DNA of 38,448 bases from IMG/VR virus record IMGVR_UViG_3300025267_000042, positions 1 through 38,448 of that record; one strand, written 5' to 3'. Every line of letters begins with the position of its first letter. Within the stretch, counting starts at the first letter, position 1. This DNA is from a virus. Its lineage: Duplodnaviria > Caudoviricetes. The translations under genes were made by a program, and so were the position numbers. The notes beneath the pieces are model-generated. The model was not told the origin of the DNA and did not search any database. It was given only the letters and a program-made list of their open reading frames with translations. Below, piece by piece: positions 8,347 through 16,345 of this stretch.

Positions 8347-9441
8347 ATGATTGTTTGGGGTTCTTTTTATCTTTGGGACAATAGTGCCTCTGCATATGTA
8401 GATCATGAGTTTGCTGTTTCCGATATACCGGGAGCAGCTGTTGATTTAATTGCACAGACGACAGATAAGATCTATATGGGATTAGATCGTAAGTTTTATG
8501 CTGCATTTTTTGAATTAGATACTGCTGGAGATTATGGCACTCTATTAGATTGGGAATATTGGAATGGTAGTGCTTGGAAGAATCTTCCAATATCTAGGAA
8601 TTATGTTTTAGATGCAATTTCTGGAGTCATACAGTTCAGAATACCTAATGATTGGACTGCTAATACTCTAACTGGCATTGAAAATACGAATGCTGGGCTT
8701 AAAACTGAAGATACTTCGGCTGGTACAGCTAAATATTGGCTTCGAGTATCTGCTTCAGCTGTAACAATTACTGCTACCATGAAGCGATCATTCCCATTTC
8801 CTAGTTATGGGTATACTACTCCTACACGTATCTCTCAGTTTCTTCAATTACGACAGGATTTTTCTACTACTACCACACCTAGTAAGGAAGATGTAGAAAG
8901 AGTTATAGAAAGAGTAGAAAGTAGGCTTGATAGATACACTACTAATTCATGGAAACCTAATTATCGTCAAGATGAGACTTATGAATTCAGTAGACATGGC
9001 CTTGTTCTTAAAAGACAGCCAGCCATAAAGGTTATTGACCTTTCTATATGGAACGGTAGTGACTTTACTCTGTTAGCTGATGGCCGTTCTCAAGATTATT
9101 TTGTGGATGCGAAGACGGGAATCATTCCAATAACTAGATTATTGAGTATTCCGTTTACATATACTCGTTCTAGTAATGCTTGGGGATTCGGTGAGTTTAA
9201 ACGAGCACTCAACGTTAATTATGTGTGGGGAAGAGATTTTGATGAGGATGTAGCTGCTGGACAAGTTGAAGATATAATTACTAAATTAGCGTCAGCTGAC
9301 ATAATTTCTAATTATGATTACACTAATATAGTTCCTCAAGGCACTGATCGTTTTGCCTTAGAACAAAAAGTTAATTTCTGGCGTGAAAATGCTGATGAAA
9401 GAATGGAAGAACTACGTAGTGTACGGATGTGGGTTCCTTAA
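8347..9441 (+). CDS. Head-tail adaptor/connector with extra N-terminal beta-sandwich domain
   Basis: C-terminal part YTTPTRISQFL...VERVIERVESRLDRYT..W...DYFVD...G...VNYVWG...IITKLASADII resembles adaptor proteins, and the gene heads the neck-tail block. The N-terminal WEYWNG domain is also found three times in 19716..25265. Confidence 0.6.
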   Translation: MIVWGSFYLWDNSASAYVDHEFAVSDIPGAAVDLIAQTTDKIYMGLDRKFYAAFFELDTAGDYGTLLDWEYWNGSAWKNLPISRNYVLDAISGVIQFRIPNDWTANTLTGIENTNAGLKTEDTSAGTAKYWLRVSASAVTITATMKRSFPFPSYGYTTPTRISQFLQLRQDFSTTTTPSKEDVERVIERVESRLDRYTTNSWKPNYRQDETYEFSRHGLVLKRQPAIKVIDLSIWNGSDFTLLADGRSQDYFVDAKTGIIPITRLLSIPFTYTRSSNAWGFGEFKRALNVNYVWGRDFDEDVAAGQVEDIITKLASADIISNYDYTNIVPQGTDRFALEQKVNFWRENADERMEELRSVRMWVP

Positions 9442-10383
9442 ATGACTAGTTTAGCTTATAGTCCGGGTGCTAGACCTACTGAATTATTGCTTAATTTGCT
9501 TGATTCTTATTGGGATACTCGTAGTGGAAGTATTCCTAAGCCTACTATTATTGAAAAACCGTATGCAGATGCACAACGGATAGATTTAAGGAATACAGGT
9601 GATCATGTCATCCTTACTATGGAAGGAACGACAGAGAATTTTATCACTTTAGGATTCCAACATCGTACTTTTGATGTAAATATGGGTATTGAATTACAAA
9701 CATTTACGTCTAGACAAAGAATGTATGATTATATGGAAGAAATTAGACGAATTTTATTCGCTAAACGTCTTTATCCTACTGATTATTTATTAGATGGCTT
9801 TGAAAGTTATGCTGATAGTACTGCTTTAAATGCTGTTTGGGATGATACAACTAATAATTCAACTATTACTTTATTAGATTCTGCTAGAAAATATGGTACT
9901 AATTCTATGAGAGTAGTAATAGGATCTGGAGGAAATGGGGAAGTTTATAGAGGATTTCCTACAACTTTTACATTAAAACCTTATCCAAGACGTTTACAAC
10001 AGATTAAGTTTTTTGCTAATATTGATAGTAGTTCAGATGTTATAGGTGTAACACTTAGAGATGCGTCCAATCGTTCTGGGTTATATCGAACTTGGAATAT
10101 AGATGTAGATTCTACTGCTTTTATTGAGAAAGTAGTAAATATCAATGCATCTGCTAGTAGTTCAGCAGGTACATGGGACGCAAGTTTAATTGATGAAATA
10201 GCTTTTACATCATTAGCAGCCAATAGAACTTTTAATATAGACCATATTGACCTAGCTACTCAAGAGTTTCAATTTTTTCAATATCAATCGTTTAGAGAAA
10301 ATGTAAATACTTTTCAATATTGGTCAGCAAATATGAGAGGTCAGTATAAAACTCATGGTGAACCCGTTCCGGAATTAGAATAA
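9442..10383 (+). CDS. Tail completion/terminator-like protein with inserted carbohydrate-binding-like domain
   Basis: Position between adaptor and tail tube. Core ...IELQTFTSRQRMYDYMEEIRRIL is followed by DGFESY...W...WDASLIDEIAF...FNIDHIDL, a CBM11/galactose-binding-like pattern. Confidence 0.5.
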   Translation: MTSLAYSPGARPTELLLNLLDSYWDTRSGSIPKPTIIEKPYADAQRIDLRNTGDHVILTMEGTTENFITLGFQHRTFDVNMGIELQTFTSRQRMYDYMEEIRRILFAKRLYPTDYLLDGFESYADSTALNAVWDDTTNNSTITLLDSARKYGTNSMRVVIGSGGNGEVYRGFPTTFTLKPYPRRLQQIKFFANIDSSSDVIGVTLRDASNRSGLYRTWNIDVDSTAFIEKVVNINASASSSAGTWDASLIDEIAFTSLAANRTFNIDHIDLATQEFQFFQYQSFRENVNTFQYWSANMRGQYKTHGEPVPELE

Positions 10384-10829
10384 TGCCTAAAAAAACTAAA
10401 GAAACTGTTGCAACAGAGCTTAATCATGCGGTAGCTGAACAATATCTACCAGAGCTATTGGACGAGATGAAAGCTAAAGTACAAGCAGCAATTCAAAAAT
10501 ATATTGGTGATGAATTATTAGGACAAGAGGTAGATTTTGACGTAGTAACTCGATTTGAAATTACTACAGATGCTGCAGGTGGGTATATAGAAGTAGATGT
10601 TGGAACAATTAGAGGAGAACATGAGGTTGAGGTAGCTGATCATCTAAGAAGAGGGACTCAAGTTAGTGGATATAGTAGAACTCTTACGGATAAGAAAGCT
10701 TTTGAATTAAAATCTGGTGAATGGGTTACTTTAGATACCATTCCAGATGAAATAATACAAGAAATAATTACAAAAACTATCACAGATAATTATGAAGTAG
10801 ATTCAGCAGATGTTGAGTTTGAGGAGTAA
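10383..10829 (+). CDS. Hypothetical acidic neck/tail-region protein
   Basis: TAATG stop-start coupling with the upstream gene; 148 aa; contains V.DHLRRGTQVSGYSR. Confidence 0.6.
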   Translation: MPKKTKETVATELNHAVAEQYLPELLDEMKAKVQAAIQKYIGDELLGQEVDFDVVTRFEITTDAAGGYIEVDVGTIRGEHEVEVADHLRRGTQVSGYSRTLTDKKAFELKSGEWVTLDTIPDEIIQEIITKTITDNYEVDSADVEFEE

Positions 10830-10832
10830 AAG

Positions 10833-12542
10833 ATGCCAAATCGTTTTAGAGCAGATTTAGCTGACGTAGCATGGGGTAAAGAACATACATATGGTATTGA
10901 ACCTCCTATATCAGAAATGACTGCACTTCAAGTAGGAAATGTTGATTCTAACTTAGCAACTACTACTGAAGTGGGAATGTTGCGAGGTGGTTGGGGGCTA
11001 GTTACTGGTGGCATTGATTTACCCACACCATCTTTCGATTGGCAACCATTTTATGGTTTAGGTGTTGTGAATCGAAATATGTTATTCCCGATTCAAGGTC
11101 GTGAGACACTGGCGGGAAGGGTTCCACAAGCTCTTCTTTGTCATGATTCTAGTAGATTGTTCCTTGAACAATGTGTTGGTTTGATTTTTAATGGTAAAAA
11201 TGCTGATGCTACTTATTATGCAGCAATAACAGAAGCTGGATATGCTTCTAATGTTACATCAGGAACTTCTGTTATTACTGCTACTACCTTTACTATATCT
11301 GGTGAAAACTTTGCAGCATATAAACCTGCAGATGGTTCTTCACCTCCTACACATATAATTATTGTTAATGATGTGGCTAATACTACTCCAGATCGTACTC
11401 AAGATACGTGGGCATATATTGGATATGATTCCACTGCTACTCAAATTTCTGTGTACATGGATCAAGCTCTAGCAAGAGCGGGTTGGAATGGTATTCGTCC
11501 TCCTGATGGAGCTAACACTAAATTTAGTATTCACGGAATACAGGTTGGCAATAACTCTTTAGGAGTTGGAGCGTCCGGAGTTAACAGTGATTCGGTAAAG
11601 TATGTTTCTAGAGATAATAATATCAATAAGTTAGTTATGATTCGTCCTACATTAGTCCAACCGTCCTTTACGTTAGGGGCTAGATTCCGTGCTGATGATG
11701 GTAGTAACTTCCTTACTAACTATACTGGATGTAAAGTTTCTCGATTCACTTTGAACTTTGAGGAAGGTGCTCCTGTTAACTATGGAGCAGATTTCTTAAC
11801 TAGAGACATGAGACATAATATCGGTGAAGATAGTGGTCTTGATACTACTGGTGTTGAGACTATGAAGTTTAAGGCAGCACATAGTGGAGCTGGAGCAGCT
11901 ACAGGAAAGACAATTCCGCCAAATTATATGAAGAACATTCGAGTAACTGAGCAACCATATTTCTTTAGTGCGGTAAATTTGACTTTCCAAGGTGTAAATA
12001 TTGCTAGGTTCCGACGATTTACTATGACAATAGATAATGCTTTGGATCCTAGATACTATGTAACTCAAAATGATGGTACATCTACTAGAGATAACCGTCA
12101 GATTATTCATGAAATCCTAGAAGGTCGTAGGTCTATCTCATTTGGGGGATCATTAGACTTAGATGATGCTGGTGCGACTGATTATCCAGCAGCTAGCTCT
12201 CCTACTGATGCTCAAATGTTAAGGTATCTCTTGAATCAGTCTATGACTAGTGCTGATATCCGAGATCAAAATACTTTGAAAGGTATTGGAATAGTTATTG
12301 AGCTAGCTAAAGTTAGTAATTTTGGTACAGCTGCTAGTGCTTATGATAAAATTAAGATTAGACTTCCGTCTAATCAAGGTGCAGATGATTATGGAGCAAG
12401 TGGTGCTGAAGTAGGTATGGTTATTCGATCTGCACCTCTTAATATACCTGCTCCACCAAGCATTCATATTCCGATGGATATTGATGGCTTCTGTTCGTCT
12501 TTCCATGTAGAATTATTAGATGGATGTGCTATAACGGATTAG
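10833..12542 (+). CDS. Major tail tube protein (enlarged)
   Basis: Synteny (before chaperone and tape measure). Tube-like motifs VAWGKE.TYG, PSFTL...YTGCKVSRFTLNFEEG, PYFFS, FTMTIDNAL, EGRRSISFGGSL. GAGGAG RBS. Confidence 0.75.
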   Translation: MPNRFRADLADVAWGKEHTYGIEPPISEMTALQVGNVDSNLATTTEVGMLRGGWGLVTGGIDLPTPSFDWQPFYGLGVVNRNMLFPIQGRETLAGRVPQALLCHDSSRLFLEQCVGLIFNGKNADATYYAAITEAGYASNVTSGTSVITATTFTISGENFAAYKPADGSSPPTHIIIVNDVANTTPDRTQDTWAYIGYDSTATQISVYMDQALARAGWNGIRPPDGANTKFSIHGIQVGNNSLGVGASGVNSDSVKYVSRDNNINKLVMIRPTLVQPSFTLGARFRADDGSNFLTNYTGCKVSRFTLNFEEGAPVNYGADFLTRDMRHNIGEDSGLDTTGVETMKFKAAHSGAGAATGKTIPPNYMKNIRVTEQPYFFSAVNLTFQGVNIARFRRFTMTIDNALDPRYYVTQNDGTSTRDNRQIIHEILEGRRSISFGGSLDLDDAGATDYPAASSPTDAQMLRYLLNQSMTSADIRDQNTLKGIGIVIELAKVSNFGTAASAYDKIKIRLPSNQGADDYGASGAEVGMVIRSAPLNIPAPPSIHIPMDIDGFCSSFHVELLDGCAITD

Positions 12543-12557
12543 TAATAGGAGAAGATA

Positions 12558-12851
12558 ATGGTTACTCCCAGTGATGACGTTGCTGAAGTAGTAGATAATT
12601 CTACAGAAATAGAAGAAACTGTATCTGAAACTCCTTCTCGGAGTAGAAGTTCTTCTTCAGAATCATATGATTTTAAATATGATGCTGAGGATTCAGAACC
12701 AATGAAGATTTTTACAGTATGGTCCAAGCCACCTGAAGAAGTGTGGCAACATTTACGAATTGTGGCCCCTTCATATCCAGTAGCTTTGACTATTGCAGGT
12801 TTAAGTGACGATACTACTGTTAGAGAGAAGACAGAAGTATTTGAAGAGTAA
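12558..12851 (+). CDS. Hypothetical acidic protein; paralogue of 25271..25480
   Basis: AGGAG RBS; motif KIFTV...IVAPSYPVALTIAGLSD. Confidence 0.7.
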   Translation: MVTPSDDVAEVVDNSTEIEETVSETPSRSRSSSSESYDFKYDAEDSEPMKIFTVWSKPPEEVWQHLRIVAPSYPVALTIAGLSDDTTVREKTEVFEE

Positions 12852-12913
12852 GGTACAGGATAGTTACAAATACAGGTAGAGGTAGGGTACGAAAAAATAA
12901 AGGTGAGGTTACA

Positions 12914-13318
12914 ATGGTAGAAGATAATCAAGAAGTTAATGAAGAGCAAAGTATAGATATTCCTGCAGATACTGATGTTATGGGTACGGATGTTAATTTA
13001 TTATATGCAGGGAGAGATGAACATACTCTAGAACTTTTTCATGCTGGTCAGAAATGGGTTTTTAAGTATAAGGAGCTAAGTTGGGGCCAGAAAAATGAAT
13101 GTATTGATCAAGCTCAACAATGGGATCAAACAGATGGGTTTAAATTTTCAATTAATAAATATTATGCAGTTGCATTAACAAAAATGTTAACTGATTCTCC
13201 GATTAAACCTGTTACAGAGACTACTCTTAACCGTTTAGATCGGTTGGTTGGAGAGCAATTAATCGCTATAGTTCCTCTTCCTGTAGAACAGAATTTGGAT
13301 GACATAAAAAAAGCGTAG
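12914..13318 (+). CDS. Tail assembly chaperone (lambda gpG-like role)
   Basis: Lies between tail tube and tape measure; AGGTGAGG RBS; ends in slippery ATA AAA AAA GCG TAG. Confidence 0.8.
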   Translation: MVEDNQEVNEEQSIDIPADTDVMGTDVNLLYAGRDEHTLELFHAGQKWVFKYKELSWGQKNECIDQAQQWDQTDGFKFSINKYYAVALTKMLTDSPIKPVTETTLNRLDRLVGEQLIAIVPLPVEQNLDDIKKA

Positions 13319-13671
13319 ATGAAAATACTGATGCCTTAGCAATCCGAATTCGGGCGGAGATTCTTCTTCACTTTTGTGGTTATAAAGTAGAAGAACTTGA
13401 TTTATTGGATGATTTATCCGTATTTCGAAGATTTTTCGTTGCGTCTAGCATGATTGGAGAACTTTTAGGTGGTAGAGGAGGAATTGCTACTCCTACTACG
13501 CAGTCAGGCGATGTTCCTCCTAGTTTAGGTAATACTACTACTCCTATCTCAGGTAGAAAATCTCCCTCTAGGACATCCAACTCTAAGAGGAATACTCCTC
13601 ATTTTACTAAACGGCCTCCAAAACCAGCACCTCCTAGTAAAAACACATCTAGATTTGGTTTTCCTAAGTAA
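12914..13671 (+). CDS. Frameshifted long tail assembly chaperone (gpGT-like, about 252 aa) via -1 slip at 13306-13312
   Basis: The -1 frame is closed by TGA at 13300-13302, then open through 13671 (SVDENTDALAIRIRAEILLHFCGYKVEELDLLDDLSVFRRFF...). This absorbs the listed 13405..13671 ORF. Confidence 0.8.
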
Positions 13672-13685
13672 ATTTACCTAATATT

Positions 13686-13697
13686 TGTTATAATATA
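13686..13697 (+). promoter_or_regulatory. Extended -10 promoter candidate TGTTATAATATA
   Basis: Intergenic, upstream of the tape measure gene; matches the 8091 motif at 11/12 positions. Confidence 0.5.
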
Positions 13698-13727
13698 GTC
13701 CAAATAATTTGTTATAGGTGAAGCAAT

Positions 13728-16334
13728 ATGGCTCCAATTCAAATAGCAGTTGAGTTACTTTTTGAGAATACTGCAAATAAAGTTGCAGAGCTAGCTGGAG
13801 CAGCTGGACAAAGAGCTGGTGGTTTTGCTGGTCGTACCATGCAAGGTGGAGGAGCTTTTGATGCTGTTGCTGGTCCTCAAGGACGAAGACAGGAGCAAAT
13901 GGTCAGAGGTTTGGGTCAAATAGCAAAACAGCTCCCCGGTGCAGGAATGATGGAGTCAATGGCTGGTGCTTTTAAGTCTGGTGGCATTATGGGGGTTATG
14001 GGAGCAGGTATTGCTGGTATTTTAGGCTTCGTTAAACAAATTATGGAGAGCAGTAAGGTATTTCAGACGATAGGAGGATCATTCTTTAAGATATTTGGGG
14101 CAATGGCTGACTTATTCTTGCTTCCTTTCTTGCCTCTAGCAATGAGGGGGATGCAAGCATTGCTTCAGTGGATGCCTGAAGCTCAAAGATGGGGCCAAAA
14201 AGCTGCCGATAAATTGATGGAGTTTGTTGAGTTAGTTAAAACAGAGGGTTTTTGGAGTGCAATAGGTATAGTGTTACAAAAGGTTTGGAATGGTTATATG
14301 AAACCTACTATAGAATGGGCTGCTAAAGAAGCATCGAATAAGATAGCTCAAGCTATACCGGGAAGTAATGTTAAAGAACGTGATTGGTCGCTCTCCCAGA
14401 AAGCTGGTGGTGGATTGCAGGTTTTAGAAGATTCTGAGCAAAAAGTACAGGAGCGGTTAGATACGGAGAGAGCAGCAAAGGACTTAGGAACTGAGTTTAC
14501 TTTCCTTCAAAAGGTTATGGGGGAAGGTACAGGAGCATTTCAAAGTACTTATCGTGCTCTTGGTCGATTTGGGGAAAAATTGCATCAACTTGCTGATCCT
14601 TTTCGTATGCTGGATAAAGAATATGGAGCATCTCGTAAGATGGATTTTCAAGGACCGGGCGAGGGCAGTACTGGATTAGATATTAATGTAGGACGACATG
14701 TGCGGAGGAGACAGGAAAATCTTTCTACATTTCAAGGGGCAAGACCGGGAGCAGAAGCAGGGGCTTATTCCGCCACAGGATCTGCTATGGAAGGAACAGG
14801 ATTTGAAGATAATTGGAGGCAAACTAAACAACATGGAGGTATGGTAAGAGGAGGGCCGGGACAAGGTGTCCCAGCTATGCTACATGGTGGAGAGATGGTT
14901 ATTCCTCGTGGAATGGTTGGTGCTATGCAATCTGCACAGGGTAGCATATTAGGAGGCTTTTTTGGCGGTTTAGGTGAAATGATTTCTGAAGAGGTCCAAG
15001 CTATTCAATCTTTTGTAACACAATTTAGAGCTAAAGAAGCAGGTGCAGGTGGAACACTACAAAGATGGAATGATAGTGTTATTGAAGGGTCAGTACCTGC
15101 TACATGGGACTATTTAGCTTCTGTTTACGGTCACATGGGTGATGAAGCTAACGATCAAATGAAGAATGCTCAATCAGCTTTTGATAGTATGAGTGGTTTA
15201 GAATTTCCTCCAATTCCTATTCCTCAAATTACAGTTCCTGATATTAGTATGTGTTTAGATAGGTTAGGCAATTGTTTAAATCAAAGTTTTGGTAATATTA
15301 CTAGACAAGCTCAGGAAGCGGTAGGTGTTATACAAGCACAAACTAGTCAAAATGTAGATATCAACGTTGATTTACCTACAATACCTTCTGAAATTAATAT
15401 GGATGCAGGAAGCAATGCAGCCCTTGCATCTCAAGGTATGGCTAATCAAGTAAGTAATTTATTCAATTCAGCAGCAGTTGGCATAAAAGCTACTGAACAG
15501 AAGATAAAAGCTGCTGCGGAGAATGTTGCAGCGATCATTACAACTGCGGGAGTGTCTTTTGATGATTCATTATCTAATTTAGGAATAGCAGCTAACCAAT
15601 ATGGTGGTATTATCAAAAATGCAGGAGTATTTTTAGCTCGTAAAGGACAACTAAAACCTATTCCACCTGTACAAAAATGGACTAGTCATAAATCAGAGAA
15701 AGACAAGTGGATTACTGAAGAAGATAATCCTACTGGGGAAGCACTAGCTCCCGGATGGTCTATTGCTGAAGGAGATGCTGCTGCAGGTATTGGTGGACAA
15801 GAAGATTTTATTTTTGATGCAATGGCAAAATATGGCACAAACTCTGTAACTGCGTCAGAACAAGGTATGTCTGATTATAACAAGTATATCAAAGAGTATG
15901 AAGCAGAAATGGCAGCTAAAACAGCAGCTAGACGAGCAGCAGAAAGAGCTTGGGATGAAGCTCATGATGATGATTATGAAGAAGGTGGAGGTTCTGACGA
16001 AGGTTCTAGTGGAAGTTCGGAATCTGCTGATGCTGCAAGTGAGGCTGCTGAATCTGTTGCATCTGATGATTATGATGATTGGTGGGATGATGAAGGGTAT
16101 TATTCTGGTGGCATAGTTAGAGGTCGTACTGGAAAGCCTAGATTAGTTCGTGCTCATGGTGGTGAAAGAATTTTGCCTAATAGTTCTCCTAGTGGAGGTG
16201 GAGGTGCTAGAGTGTCTTCACGTAGAACTATGAATATAACTATTAATTCTAGATCTAGTGTTACAGAGATTTTAGGTGATTTAGAACGTATGGAATCGAT
16301 GGATGAAGCCTCGTTCTTTAATAGTACAATTTAG
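13728..16334 (+). CDS. Tape measure protein
   Basis: Follows the frameshifted chaperone; A/G/M/Q-rich helical sequence with hydrophobic segments; GG.V.G..G......HGGE...P motifs typical of tape measure C-termini. AGGTGA RBS. Confidence 0.8.
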   Translation: MAPIQIAVELLFENTANKVAELAGAAGQRAGGFAGRTMQGGGAFDAVAGPQGRRQEQMVRGLGQIAKQLPGAGMMESMAGAFKSGGIMGVMGAGIAGILGFVKQIMESSKVFQTIGGSFFKIFGAMADLFLLPFLPLAMRGMQALLQWMPEAQRWGQKAADKLMEFVELVKTEGFWSAIGIVLQKVWNGYMKPTIEWAAKEASNKIAQAIPGSNVKERDWSLSQKAGGGLQVLEDSEQKVQERLDTERAAKDLGTEFTFLQKVMGEGTGAFQSTYRALGRFGEKLHQLADPFRMLDKEYGASRKMDFQGPGEGSTGLDINVGRHVRRRQENLSTFQGARPGAEAGAYSATGSAMEGTGFEDNWRQTKQHGGMVRGGPGQGVPAMLHGGEMVIPRGMVGAMQSAQGSILGGFFGGLGEMISEEVQAIQSFVTQFRAKEAGAGGTLQRWNDSVIEGSVPATWDYLASVYGHMGDEANDQMKNAQSAFDSMSGLEFPPIPIPQITVPDISMCLDRLGNCLNQSFGNITRQAQEAVGVIQAQTSQNVDINVDLPTIPSEINMDAGSNAALASQGMANQVSNLFNSAAVGIKATEQKIKAAAENVAAIITTAGVSFDDSLSNLGIAANQYGGIIKNAGVFLARKGQLKPIPPVQKWTSHKSEKDKWITEEDNPTGEALAPGWSIAEGDAAAGIGGQEDFIFDAMAKYGTNSVTASEQGMSDYNKYIKEYEAEMAAKTAARRAAERAWDEAHDDDYEEGGGSDEGSSGSSESADAASEAAESVASDDYDDWWDDEGYYSGGIVRGRTGKPRLVRAHGGERILPNSSPSGGGGARVSSRRTMNITINSRSSVTEILGDLERMESMDEASFFNSTI

Positions 16335-16345
16335 AGGAATTTAGT

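Noticed and set aside
10833-12542. Contractile tail sheath
   Set aside because: The size fits, but the motifs are tube-like, no separate tube gene follows, and no baseplate wedge genes are evident.
13405-13671. Independent 88-aa gene starting at TTG 13405
   Set aside because: No RBS, and the frame is open back to the slippery site; better explained as the frameshift extension.
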